A stretch of 64,000 bases of DNA. Source: Octopus sinensis. Lineage: Eukaryota. The stretch lies in NCBI RefSeq assembly GCF_006345805.1, contig NC_043011.1:28160464-28224463 (forward strand), in the 5' to 3' direction. The notes under the pieces were generated by a model. It made no database searches and was not told the DNA's origin. It saw only the letters and a list, made by a program, of their open reading frames with translations. Made by a program: the position numbers and the translations under genes. Shown piece by piece: positions 26,992 to 40,026 of this stretch; position 1 is the first letter of the stretch; each line of letters begins with the position of its first letter.

Positions 26992-29428
26992 AAACCACCA
27001 GAATGGGTTATTCAGAATAGATCGGAAGATATTCTATAAAGAAATGAATGGAGGGTGTACAGATGAAAAGTTGATACCAGTTAACATTGAAAAGTTTTGG
27101 AGTGACATCTGTAGCAAAGACAAAGAGCACAAGAAGGATGTTCAATGGTTGCAAAAACCTAAACAAGCAGTAGTCTGTCCAAAACAGGCAGAACTAGTCA
27201 TTTCAGTTAGGGAAGTGAAGGAAATCAGCAAAGAAAAATGAGCAACATGAAGGCCCCGGGACCAGATGGAGTTCAAGGCAACTGGATCAAAAGATTTAGT
27301 GAATGTCATGTACGAATAGATGCGCAACTCAACACCTTGTTAAATGCCGGCCAAGGAACACCAGAGTGATTGACATTGTGTAGGACAGTGCTGTGCCTGA
27401 AAAACATCGAAAAAAGTAATACGGTAGACAATTACAGGCCGATATCCTCTTTGCCACTTATGTGGAAGTTATTGACTGGAATACTCGCAGAGTCATGTAC
27501 GAACATCTAGAAAAAATGGAGTCTTGCCACATGAGTAAAAGGGTTGCAAGAGTAAGTGCAAAGGTACTGAGGATCAACGCCAGATAGATAAAATTGTACT
27601 CAGGGACTGCAAGAGGAGGAAAAGTAACTCAGCCATGTCATAGATCGACTATCGTAAGGCATACGATATGATCCCCCATCGAATGCTGAGTGGTTGCTCG
27701 GAAAAAGTATAGCGAATTGGAGGATGGACCTGACAGCTTACGGAAGAAGTTTAGGAACAGTAGAAATTAGAACGGGCATCTTCCAAGGCGACTACCTGTG
27801 CCCACTGATCTTTGTACTGTGCTTGATACCACTGACACTGATTCCGAGGAAGCAAAAGCTGGGTATGTATTCAAAAGCCGCCAACAAAATGTCAACCTTT
27901 TGATATTCATGGATGACCTCAAACTTTATGGTAAAGATGAAGTCCAAGTCAGTTCCATCGTTGAAATGGTGTATACCTTCAGTGATGATATCAGAATAGA
28001 CTTCGGACTGAGAAAGTGTGATGTGTTAGTATTGAGGAGAGGCAAAATCAAATGTATGGCCGGACTAACGATAAAGTCGGGGGAGGTTATGAAGCAGATA
28101 GAGTAGACAGGCTATAAGTACTTGGTGATTTTGGAATGGATAAATTGATGGATAGAGAAATTTAAGGTAGAGTACTTGCGCAGACTGAGACTGATCTTTA
28201 AGTCGAAATTAAACGGACGGAATAACATCGAAGCTATCAACACGTGGACGGTTTCACTCCTTAGATATGGAGCAGGAGTAATCGCATGAACAGTAGACGA
28301 ACTAAACAGCTTTGACAGAAAGACAAGGAAGTTGCTAACTAGATATGGGTCATTCCACCCAAAAAGTGACACAGACAGGCTGTATGTAGCAAGAAAAAGA
28401 GGGGGAAGAGGACTTATTGGATGCGAACAAAGCATTAGAACAGAAGAAAACAACATAGCATGGTATGTAAGAAAATGCCACAGAACCGCTATTACTAAAA
28501 GTAAGAAGGTGAGGCTTGTGTAGGATGAAAGATTGCAAAGATAAAGCACTATACAAGAAATTGAAAAGGAATGAAACTGAAAATATTTAGGTAAAGAAAA
28601 GAATGCATTGTCAGTTTCATAGGGATGTTGAAGATAAGACAGACGGAGAAAAGGGATGGCTGTGGATGACTAAAAGTGATTTAAAACCGGAAACAGAGGC
28701 TCTAATCTGTGCTGCCCAAGAGCCAGCACTAAGAACAAACTACATAAAATACAGAATAGACAGCATATCAGAAAGTGATAGGTGCAGAATCTGTGGACAA
28801 AACGGTGATAACGTATGGCATATTATCAGCCAATTTACGCCAGTAGTCCAGAAGGAATATAAGAGAGCCCATGACAATATAATTAGGCTTGACCACTGGA
28901 CACTTTGCAACAAGTATGGACGTGACAGAGTAAAAAATTGGGACGACCACAAACCTGAAGTCATCGTCGAAAATAGAAATGCAAAGATCCTATGAGATTT
29001 TATGATTCAGTGCGACCATAAGATTGAAAATAGGAAGCCGGAAATAGTCTTAATTGAGAAAGAAAACAAACTATGCAGGATCATAGACATAGCATGCCCA
29101 GCTGACAACAAGGTATGCGACTAGGAAGAAAGAAAAGTCGTGAGAAATGACAGGTTAGCTTGGGAAGTTAAGCAGTTGTCGTCGATGAAAAAGGTAGCAG
29201 TAGTACCAATAATTGTCGGAGCCCTGGGAACAGCGAGCAAAAATCGCGACAAGTACGTGGAACAAATAAGGGCTGAAATAAGGTTGGAGCATTTGCAGGA
29301 AAGAGCACTGCTTGGACGGCTCGAATACTCCGGAAAATACTCGAAAAATAAGAGGTGTTACCTTAGTTCACTGGTAGTGAACAGCTGACACTGTAGTACA
29401 TCTCCAGCATTAGAAGCTGTCCAAAGGC
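26992..29428 (+). mobile_element. 5'-truncated RLE-type (R4/Dong-like) LINE: RT, CCHC-like finger and restriction-like endonuclease, frameshifted
   Basis: GIFQGDYLCPLIF, LIFMDDLKLY, RLYVARKRGGRGL, CRICGQNGDNVWHIIS, RKPEIVLIEKENKLCRIIDIACP, VPIIVGALG; ends in (AAT)n. Confidence 0.92.
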
Positions 29429-29494
<66 letters not shown>

Positions 29495-29732
29495 TTTTTT
29501 TTTAATTTACTTATTAGATATTCACTAGTACAACACCAAAAAAACCCAAAATATATGGCACACTAGGCATAACAACAACGTGAACTTCCAAACAGTTGTC
29601 TCTAGAGGTCTCTGGGTGAGACTTGGAGCCAACTTGTACAAACATAAAGCAAAAGTCAAACATAGAATAATAATAATACTACTACTACTACTAATAATAA
29701 TAATAATTATTATTATTATTATTATTATTATG

Positions 29733-29812
<80 letters not shown>

Positions 29813-29815
<3 letters not shown>

Positions 29816-30885
29816 ATAGTCTTATTTTTCACGCGCTTTCACTGCATTACCGAGCGCAGTTCTGTGTACCTTGTGTATGTGCTGTGGTTTCTTCTGATGC
29901 TCTTATTATTACTACGCTGAAAGTGTTTTATGTTGGACGTATGCGGTGCCTAGTAGTGCTGTTTTCTGTATGTTATATATACTTGTTAGTCCTGGTGTTT
30001 CTGTTATGTATCTATATGAATATTTTTTTTAACATACCTGATGCCTCTACTATGATAGGAAGTGTTTCTGATTTAGACTCCACATTCCAGTTACCTCTGT
30101 TTCCAGGTCATTGTATTTTGAAGGTTTCTCCATTTGAAAGTCACTCTGGCAACTCTATCCGGCCTTCTGGCCTTAAATTCTCTATCTACGTGTATTGGCA
30201 TATCCTATAGTATGGTTGCCGTCTCATTTTCTGTAACCTTTTTTGGCATGTGCCTATACCATCTTTTTTCTGTTGTTATCCCCTAGTGTTGGCGAAGCTT
30301 CCAGTGTATATAGATCCCAATCAGTCGTGTCTGAGAATACATTTCTTCTTAGCCAAGACTGGGGTGCCAGAGACAATGTGGATAATTGTTTCTTGTCCAT
30401 CACCATATATTCTAAGGTTACTTATGTTTCTTTTCATTATAAGTTTTTGGGAATTTCTGATGTGGAAGATTTTGTCTTGTGCTGCAATTAAAAATCTTTC
30501 AGTCTCTGTTTTTAGTCCTGAGCTTCTCAGCCGCCGTTGTGATTTTGCTATGTCTATTTCTTTTGTATTTAGTTTAACCCCGTATTTGCCATGAACGGGC
30601 TTTTCTTGCCATCGCTTTATCATGATTCATTGCTGTTCCTGTTTTAGTTTGGATTTCACTTATTTTACAGCTTTTGTTGTTGCTTCTTTTTCTTCATAGT
30701 TGTTAGGTACTATGACTTTTTTTTTTGTATTTGTCAGCTTCCTTACTGACTGAAAACAGTTTTTTGTTTTGTTCGTGTTTTGTGGTTATTTGCTTTAGTT
30801 TCCTTTGCTTCTGAAGTAGGTATTTTTGTAGTCCTCTGGTAGTTATTTTGTAACAGTTTTCTAGATGTATAAGACCTCCACCACC
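29813..30885 (-). mobile_element. 5'-truncated RLE-type LINE flanked by (TTA)n on both sides
   Basis: GGGLIHLENCY, RWQEKPVHGKY, LKTETERFLIAAQD, ETIIHIVSG; 3'UTR shared with the 11.7k and 55.0k copies. Confidence 0.88.
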
Positions 30886-30894
30886 TTATTGTTA

Positions 30895-30958
<64 letters not shown>

Positions 30959-30975
30959 CGTTATTATTATTATTA

Positions 30976-31020
<45 letters not shown>

Positions 31021-31097
31021 TATAAATGGCGGTGCCCCAGCATGGCCACAGCTCATAAGCTGAAACTGGAAAAATCAAAATCAAAATCAAAATCAAA

Positions 31098-31138
<41 letters not shown>

Positions 31139-31179
31139 GCTCACATATACATACATACATACATACATACATACATACA

Positions 31180-31215
<36 letters not shown>

Positions 31216-31837
31216 TATGAAAAGCATAAAAGAATTTCTTGTCATATATGTGCGTGTGTGTTTGTGTATGTATGTGTGTGCTTTATGTTTTTTTTTTTGT
31301 TTGTTTATTCATAGATGCATGACAAGAAATATGTATGTATGCATGCATATTCGGTTGAAATATATTTGAAGAATATATATTTGAGAAAGCTTTTTTCTCT
31401 GAATGAGCCAAAGATAGAACCAATTCTTCCGGGAACAAATTATATAACCAGTTATGTTTACAAGCGGTCGAGCATTTTCCTTTTCCAATGCAATACTCAG
31501 CGACGAATAATAGATTTTCCTGGCAAAACATAAACGTTCTATCTAATAAACACTATTGTATGCACATAATATGGGTCCTTAATTTAGACAAGAGTTGCAA
31601 CTAACGTAACTTGCTTTCAGCGTTAAAAGAAATGTTCTTTAACATTTCTTTCGTTTCAGTTGCGTCTTGTGCTATAAATACGACACTTGATACTTGTCTT
31701 CCTGGATTAAATTTATTAGAGAAACCAGAATAGCGTGATAAGAATGAATTAGGTTCTATTTAAAGAGATGTTTGAATCTCAACTGGCAAGGTTGACGGGG
31801 ATGAAAATACTAAGGAGGATGACCTATCATAATTTCC

Positions 31838-32225
31838 AGGTGTGGTTGTGTGGTAAGAAGCTTTCTGCCCAGCCACGTGGTGTCGGGTTTGGGCCCACTG
31901 CGGGGCATCTTGGGCAAGTGCCATATACTATATTTTCGAGCCGACCAAAGCCTTGTGAATGGATTTAGTAGAAGGAAACTGAAAGAAGCACGTCGTATAT
32001 ATGTGTATCTGTGTTTCTTTGTGTCCATGTTTGCACCTCCCTCACACTTGCCAACCGGTGTGTTAATATATCTAGTACCCATAACTTAGCGGTTCGGCAA
32101 AAGTGACCGATAGAATAAGTACCAGGCTTTAAGAAGTAAGTCCAGGGATTGATTTGTTCAACTAAAATCCTTCAAAGCAGTGCCCCAGCATGGCTGCAGT
32201 TAAATAACTGAAACAAGAAAAATAT
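31838..32225 (+). mobile_element. SINE family C
   Basis: GGTTGTGTGGTAAGAAG..TTGGGCAAGTG..CCGACCAAAGCCTTGTGAATGG..AACTTAGCGGTTCGGCAAAA. Confidence 0.85.
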
Positions 32226-32231
32226 AAAGGT

Positions 32232-32760
32232 TTGCACGCCGGGCGAAATGCTTAGCGGTATTTCGTCTGCCGCTACGTTCCGAGTTACAATTCCGCCGAG
32301 GTCGACTTTGCCTTTCATCCTTTCGGGGTCGATTAAATAAGTACCAGTTACGCACTGGGGTCGATATAATGGACTTAATCCGTTTGTGTGTCCTTGTTTG
32401 TCCTCTCTGTGTTTAGCTCCTTGTTGGTAGTAAAGAAATAGGTATTTCGTCTACCTCTACGTCCTGGGTTCAAATTCCGCCGAGGTCGACTTTGCCTTTC
32501 ATCGTTTCGGGGTCGATTAAATAAGAACCATTTACGCACTGAGGTCGATATAATCGACTTAATCCGTTTGTCTGTCCTTGTTTCTCCTCTCTGTGTTTAG
32601 CCCCTTGTGGGTAGTAAAGAAATAAGTATTTCGTCTGTCTTTACATTCTGAGTTCAAATTCCGCCGCGGTCGACATTGCCTTTCGTCCTTCCGGGAATCG
32701 ATAAATTAAGTACCAGTTGCGTACTGGGTCGATCTAATCGACTGGCCCCATTCCCCAGTA
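32232..32760 (+). mobile_element. SINE family D, three head-to-tail units
   Basis: Junctions AAAGAAATAG|GTATTTCGTC at about 32441 and AAAGAAATAA|GTATTTCGTC at about 32625. Confidence 0.9.
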
Positions 32761-32846
32761 AAGAAGAAAAGATACTTCAATTGTGAGTTCAAATCCATTA
32801 CAGTAAAGAAGAAAAGATACTTCAATTGTGAGTTCAAATCCATTAC
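32755..32846 (+). repeat. Tandem duplication of about 45 bp
   Basis: CAGTAAAGAAGAAAAGATACTTCAATTGTGAGTTCAAATCCATTA occurs twice. Confidence 0.9.
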
Positions 32847-33759
32847 TGCCATTTTCTCGTAAGCTTAGTTTCGCCACGTTACTTTATGCAATTCTGTTCA
32901 CCTGACTATAAATACCAAAATTTCAAGAAAGCTGTTTGTCATAGATTAGTGCTTACAAAAAGAACATATGTATCTCAAATATTTAATGTATTTTAGACTA
33001 ACGATAAGCTACGATATAATCAACTACTAAGATTTCTGAAAGTAAAAAAGCGTCATTAGATCGCATAGGTTTTCATGAGTAATAAGTAACATAAAACTTT
33101 ACAGCCGAAGTAACATGCTGTTATAGAATTACAGAGGAATGCGCTTTCTCTTTTTTTACATGCTCCGGGCATTGGACTACGGTCATACTGGGGCACCCTC
33201 CACCTTGAAGGATGTTCGTTGAAGAAATATAGCATAGTACTTCTTTTTATTTTATTTCTAAGTCGTGTACTTATTTTATCGGTCGCTTTTGCCTTGCTTC
33301 TATGTTACGGGGATGTAAAGACATATACGCCAGTTGTCAAATGGTAATGGCGACAATTGCAATCCAACACATGCATACATACATATCCATATCTATACAT
33401 AAACACACACACATGCGCATATATATAGTGAAAAAATCGTATGGTATGCATCATTTGCCGGCAAAGTACGTTCACTGGCTTAATGTTCGTTGGGTATTTG
33501 ATCAATATGAGAGATGGAAGATACGAGAATCTTTATTTATCTCTACAGTTGTTTCGACCCATCTAGCATCGATCCTCCGCATGTGAGACATTAAACATCT
33601 GGTTTAGGTGTATCCGTTGGTGTAGATGTATCTCCTCAGGTGATTTCAAGAGGCATTTCGGTAGAATAAACCGTTTCGCAAGATTTCTTCTTGGTATTCG
33701 TATACATAAATGGCAAATTGAGGTATACAGCTTCATATTTATGGAATATCTATAACAAA

Positions 33760-34070
33760 GCCCAAATTATGATGGTCTTTGAGTGTGTTTCCACTGAGGG
33801 TGGCGTAATACCACCCCACATCTTTGAACAAGGATTTAGGATCAATCAGATGCCTATGTTAAACTGCTGGAAAAATGTGGTTGAATTTCACCAGCCCCAG
33901 TTGACTGGCTACCTAATTCTTCCAAGTTTATTCCCATGGATAACTATGAGTGGAACGCGAGTTTGCAACACCAAGACCGTGTTACCGCCAAAACCAAAGG
34001 ACGCGTTCGAAGATTTCCTCACAAAGGAGTCGATGGACTGCAAGGAGCTCTATATTGAAAATAAAGCTTA
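33760..34070 (+). pseudogene. Tc1/mariner transposase fragment
   Basis: IMMVFECVSTEGGVIPPHIFEQGFRIN, then DWLPNSSKFIPMDNYEW in another frame (WPPNSPDxNPxDY-like). Confidence 0.65.
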
Positions 34071-34297
34071 ATTAGAGACATCTCATGAGACTATGTTGCT
34101 GAGCGTATAAACTTTTCATCCGACCCTCGTGCGCGTATATAAATACACGCACGCGCACACATACACACACACATATGCACACACGGACTCACACACACAC
34201 ATAGACTCGCACATAAGTACATATAATCATACATAGATACATACATGCAAACATGCATATGTATCTATGTGTATATATGTGTGAATATATACATGTG

Positions 34298-34588
34298 TGG
34301 AGGCGCAATGGCCCAGTGGTTAGGGCAGCGGATCACGGTCTTAGGATCGCGGTTTCGGTTCCCAGACTGGGCGTTGTGAGGGTTTATTGAGCGAAAACAC
34401 CTCAAGCTCCACGAGGTTCCGGCAGGGGGTAGTAGCGATCCCTGCTGTGCTCTTTCTCTCACGCTTTCTTCTGTTGGCCTGCTCGCTTAGCCAGCGGGGT
34501 GGCGTCATTTGAAGGCTAAAACAATGCGAAGCGCACTGTGACCAGCGATGTTTAGCATCATCTGATAGCCTGGCCGGTCACGATGATA
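34298..34588 (+). mobile_element. SINE family A
   Basis: Near-identical to the 21643 copy. Confidence 0.9.
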
Positions 34589-34696
34589 ATGGTGACATAT
34601 ATATGTGTATGTATGTATATATATATATATATATTATATATATATATATATATTATATATATATACATACATATATACATATATACATGCATATGT

Positions 34697-34930
34697 AAGG
34701 TGGCGAGCTGGCAGGAACGGTAGCACGCCGGGCGAAATGCGTAGCCGTATTTCGTCTGCCGTTACGTTCTGAGTTCAAATTCCGCCGAGGTCGACTTTGC
34801 CTTTCATCCTTTCGGGGTCGATAAATTAAGTACCAGTTACGCACTGGGGTCGATGGAATCGACTTAATCGCTTTGTCTGTCCTTGTTTGTCCCCTCTGTG
34901 TTTAGCCCCTTGTGGGTAGTAAAGAAATAT
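34697..34930 (+). mobile_element. SINE family D, single full-length copy
   Basis: AAGGTGGCGAGCTGGCAG..GAGTTCAAATTCCGCCGAGGTCGAC..GTAGTAAAGAAATA. Confidence 0.9.
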
Positions 34931-35019
34931 AAATATGTGCGTTTATCTGGGCGGTTGTGGAGTACATGGCGATTATAGATACACACACACACATACATAT
35001 ATGTATCCATTTATATGTG

Positions 35020-35071
<52 letters not shown>

Positions 35072-35849
35072 CTTGCATATGTTTGTGTGTGTGTGTATTG
35101 TTTGGACTTATGAGCAATTGTATTCATGCGTGCGCTGTCATATGTGTAAATAGAGGGGGCCTCTGGGGAGAAAAATTTGCATTGTTAATCGAACTCTTTT
35201 TTTTTTCACATTCCCTTTAGGATAATATTTAGTGCACTGATTGTTTGATGTCATGATATATTTGATTTAAGCAACGTCAAATCTAAAAGAACTATGAATT
35301 ATCCAGAACATATATATCAAAGCAAATTTTTTATATTAAATTAAATCGATTGTTGCTTAACAAAGGATTAAGTAGCGACTAAATGTTTACAACTAAACAA
35401 AGCGGAACACCGAGATACAATGAGTACGTATGAAAGAGAATCTTATATGAAAGAAGCGAACTGTTTACTGAAATATATTTCTTTCGGCAATCACAATTAT
35501 TACATAATTGACAACCACGAGGGATTGGTAACGTCATCATTTTAAAGCACGGGCCTTGCTGTTATGATTAAAGAGCTGGTTTTTTTAATTTTGAGCTCGC
35601 AGAATCGCACCCACATTACTGCCTATTTGTTTATTTTGTTGCCCAATAGTAGCTGTTTGACCTAAAACTTCTGAATAAATGTACTGAAGAAGAGTAATCC
35701 TCCTGTTGTCTACAATCGAATGCTCAGTTTTATCTCATGTAAAGGCTCTCTGATTCTGATGGAGGCATGCTTTTGAGGTACGTATGCTTGGGTTAGTTAT
35801 CGTTTTAGATGAGATGTAATATATTCATTTCGAATTTCGGCATAAGGCG

Positions 35850-36040
35850 TGCATGTACGGAGAAAGGGTTAAGTCGATTGCTTCGATCCCAGTGCTCAAG
35901 TGGTACTTATTTTGTCGACACCGAAAGGATGAAAGGGGAAGTCAACCTGTGCGAAATTTGAACTCAGGACGTAAAATCAGGCGAAATACCGCAAAGCATT
36001 TTTTCTGGTGAGCTAACGATTCGGCCATCTCGCCGTCTTA
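35850..36040 (-). mobile_element. SINE family D, older copy
   Basis: CCGAAAGGATGAAAGG..AATTTGAACTCAGGACGTAAAA..GGCGAAATACC. Confidence 0.7.
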
Positions 36041-36464
36041 ACTATATGTAATATGACCTGTGTATTACACGTGTCACAGGATAAGCAAGAGGTCAAAATG
36101 TTCGATTTGGATGAATTGCATCTTTATTTCTTCTGCATTCATGAAATTAATTCACGATATTTGAATATTCATTGCAAAATCTTCGCTGCTTATTCAGCAA
36201 TTCCGGTAATTAAAAGAAAAATTAATTCTTTCAACAAGAAAAATGAATTCTTTCAACTGTCGCAATTTCCCAACGAATTTCAACAAAAAAAAATGAATTC
36301 TTTCAACTGTCGTAATTTAACAGTAGTTTGTGACTGTTTAATTACGAAAGGTAATTATAATTATAACTAGTTCAAATAATGAACGTCACACGGTTTAATG
36401 CTAGGGACTGTGGAAAGGTTCCTGGATTTGGGGAAAAGGAAATACAGGAGGAACAATTAATTAT

Positions 36465-36600
36465 GATTTTATTCAGCATATTCCCCTCTCAAATTCACAC
36501 AGTTATTGCAGCAGTCCTTCAGGTTTTCCAAGTCCTGTAAAAAAAGTCAGAAGGTTGGAACTGCAGCCAGGTCTTTCGCTAAAGCCTTAAGGCCGACAAC
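36465..36600 (-). pseudogene. Mariner transposase C-terminal fragment
   Basis: Minus strand FLQDLENLKDCCNNCVNLRGEYAE*. Confidence 0.6.
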
Positions 36601-36925
36601 TTTCTCTTCTTTCTATTTTCTCTTTTTCCTCATCTACTTCTTTCTCCTCCTCTTCCTTTTTCACTTCCTCTTTTTCCTCCTCCTCCACTTCTTTCCCATC
36701 CTCTTTCTCCTCTACCTCCTCTTCCCCCCTCTTCCTCCTCCTCTTTCTTATCATCGACCTCCTCTTTCTTGTCGTCCCCTCCTTCCTCTCCCTCCTCTTC
36801 TTATTCTTCCTGCTACACCTTCTCTTCTTCCTCCTCTTTCTTATCATCGTACTCCTCTTTCTTGTCGTCCCCTCCTTCCTCTTCCTCCTCTTCTTATTCT
36901 TCCTGCTACTCCTGATTCTTCTTTT
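36600..36925. repeat. Pyrimidine-rich low-complexity tract with an internal duplication of about 90 bp
   Basis: TCTTTCTTATCATCG..CCTCTTTCTTGTCGTCCCCTCCTTCCTCT..TTATTCTTCCTGCTAC repeated near 36744 and 36836. Confidence 0.85.
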
Positions 36926-39499
36926 ATCGATAAGTGTCTGTAGCATTGTTTTACTCATTGCCTGCCGCCAAGATTGGATGCGCACCTTTGCTGCACTTCT
37001 TATGTTAACTCTCTCTCTCTCTTTCTCTCTCTCTCTTGTGATGCAAAGCCTGATTGGAAAACCAATATTCATATCGGTTATTATCAAATTGCAGTTATAA
37101 GTATTCAAGAATGCTACAAAAAGTCTGATCAGTGATAAACTTCTGAATTATAATTGTGTGTGAAAAACGTAATACGCAGCTCACGCCATTCGGCTTTTGT
37201 CTGTGCATTATAAATATCATATACATTGTTATTTGAAACTAATACTGTAGTAAGAATGTATGGTGATATTATTTTGTATCATTTGATGATTCAATGCGTT
37301 GCTTTGCGCATATGATGTTAAACAAGCACGTGTGCTAATCTTTGAGTTTCACTGCAGTGAATCATCAGGTGGTTTTATAATGCAAATGTTCAACAACATA
37401 TACGGACTACTTGTGTATTCTTTGTAAATAAAGATGTGTATATATAGTTGTATAAAATACCATCTTTTTAAACGCTCTTGCCATCGATCAGAGTACTTGA
37501 CTAGTAATTTCATAATTTAATGAAGCCGATGTTCCTCGAGAGTTTGTAAATGGCAAGAAATACCACGTTGATTATGGTCTACCTTTGTAGAGAGAACAAA
37601 AAAAGATGAAAACTAGAAAATTTAATTTCAATAATTCTTCTGGGAAAATGGAGTAGTAAATGTTAAAACGCCCTTGGTCAGATGACTGCCCAGTCAGAGC
37701 CTAAGAAATACTCGGCGCCCCGACGACTACAGGCACATTGAATAAGAACAAAGACAACAACAAAACAACGCCAACAACAACAGTAATAAAAGCGACAACA
37801 ATAAAATTAGTATCTAATATCGGCTCACAACAACAAATTAACGGACAATGTTGTTGTCCATTATTTCCTCCTCCTCTACTATAATAATACAGTTATACCA
37901 GCTTTAGAATGTTGAAAATATAACATTTTCGGATCGATAAATGTTTGTTTCTTCTTATTCCTTACTTTACCTTAGAGACTTTTATATTTTCTCCGATAGT
38001 AAACAATTTAAAATTTAATTATAATCTTTTGGTCAGTCTTTATTTTTATCTATAATTCACTCTATATTATTTACTTTGTATTCCTTGTTATCTTGCCATC
38101 ACAAGAACTTTTAATAAGCGTTTTCTTCACAAAGTTTTGGGATATAATTAATGTATTTGTAAGGGGGGGGAAATAAGGTCGAACGAAAACAATTTGTTTT
38201 AATATCCATAATTTTCTATTTTGATTCATTAGCGACATAATTTTACAGGAGGCTTTCAACCATGCAACTGATAATTTCATTGCAAGAGAATCCCAACTAT
38301 CTTGAGTTGATAGGAATACGCATTATCGAAAGTGCAAAGTCGTCTGTTCGTATCTTAATTTCAATGTTCATCTTTTTCGATCACAAGGGAAATGTAATCT
38401 TATAAATCCCAATACATTTCAGTTAGTAAATATCAACCTCAATTCCAGCCAGATAGTTTCCGAGATGTCGCTCAACAAAATACTCTGGGAAAAAAAGCAA
38501 AAAAAAAAAAAAACTACAGATGATTATGGGTCTGTTTAATAAGGGCTGACCTCGAGCTAATATCCTAACAGTTATAGGCACGCATCTGGAAATTCTGTGG
38601 AAGGTGGGTAGTTCATTACGTGGACTGCAGTGACTAACTGATACTTAATGTATAAAATGCAAAGTCGATCTCAGCGGAATTAGAACGTAAAACCGGAAGA
38701 AGTAGCGCTATGCATTTTGCCAGGTGCTGTAATGATTCTGCCAACGCGCCGCCTTCTCACTTGGAGTTTATTATGAGCAACATATATTTTATCAAGGCCA
38801 ACATGGTAGCTTTCACGTGGTCGGTCCTTGTGCAAGAAATGATAGCAAAATATTCCTCTAATCATATCCAACTTTCTTAAGGAAAATTTTGTGACGTATG
38901 ATAAAGTTACCATAGACACAAGATACATTTGAAAAAATCAGATACAGGTAAGCGTCAAACAGATCCTTAATCATCTGGCCTCACATTTGTTCACAGGTTT
39001 GCTTGATCAGGGACAACGGGGAGCTAAAATAACAACATATATAGAATAAACAATAGTTAGCTTAGTAAACAAGAGACTAAGAAAATCAATAACTTTCATA
39101 ACAAGATATAGACTTCGCAGATTCTCGACACACAATCTCAGCCACGTCGGTAAAAATGACAATAATGAATTAAATGGGATAACACTATTACTTGTACGCG
39201 GTAGCTCTATCACGTAGAGATAACTACTAAATAACCTTTAATCTCTGCCTTTCAATTATGACAGGAGAAACACGAAATATCCAAAAGTACATTGGATAAT
39301 ATAGTCGCACATACCTAATGGCTGCTAAAAGGTTCCCCTTCAATTATACGCTTTATTAAATTGAACCGACTGAGATAATATTATTTTTTATTTCAACAAG
39401 ATAATAACCGACAACACTTTCAAGAATATATCTTCGTTAGTTGAAAACAATTGTACCACTTTCGAAGATAATGATTCCCCCAACTCGTCAGATAACTGA

Positions 39500-39830
39500 T
39501 GCATGGGAGACATAATTCATATTTGTATAAGTATTTCTTTGACAAGTCAACCAAGATGGGATCGTTTCAAAACAATTAATCAGCACCACAAGCAAAAGAA
39601 AGTTTTAAAGTTTTATCGTACTATCACTAATATTAAACAGCATTGGAGAAGAATTTTCATAGAACACAAAGGCTTAATTGCAAGTAAACCTACACCAATG
39701 ATAGATGCTTGGTTAAATGGAGAAATATGTGAAGCCGTACGGTGAAACTTTTTATAGGGTGGATAGCTGAGAGTCTAGACTGCATTTCACTCTTATCTAT
39801 CCACCCTGATGAAGGAGGCTCTGTATTTTA
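39500..39830 (+). mobile_element. Possible PLE 3' end (GIY-YIG C-terminal remnant plus degenerate HHR parts)
   Basis: RRIFIEHKGLIASKPTPM; then GAAAC..ATA-GGGTGGATAG...CTATCCACC-CTGATGA. Confidence 0.35.
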
Positions 39831-40026
39831 CCAATGTTTGTTTGTTTACATTACTGACTGCAAATTTTTGATGAACTATTTGTACGAACATTATGCAGAC
39901 TTGTAACGCCATGCTTTCTCCCGTCTAATTCCTTCCGTCTATCTAATCTGAGTAAGTTTGCTCTATCAAAAACTATAAATGTGGTCTGATTCATAAGTAT
40001 CCTGACTGTTGCCATAGTAATGAATG

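Noticed and set aside
32755-32846. Direct repeats suggesting CRISPR
   Set aside because: Simple two-copy tandem with no spacers; eukaryotic context
36587-37108. 173-aa K/R/E-rich ORF
   Set aside because: Antisense reading of a pyrimidine-rich low-complexity duplication; no domain
37315-37355. Minus-strand CCAC-CTGATGA-TTCACTGCAGT-GAAAC
   Set aside because: Helix II register mismatched, no GUH after helix III and no helix I partner
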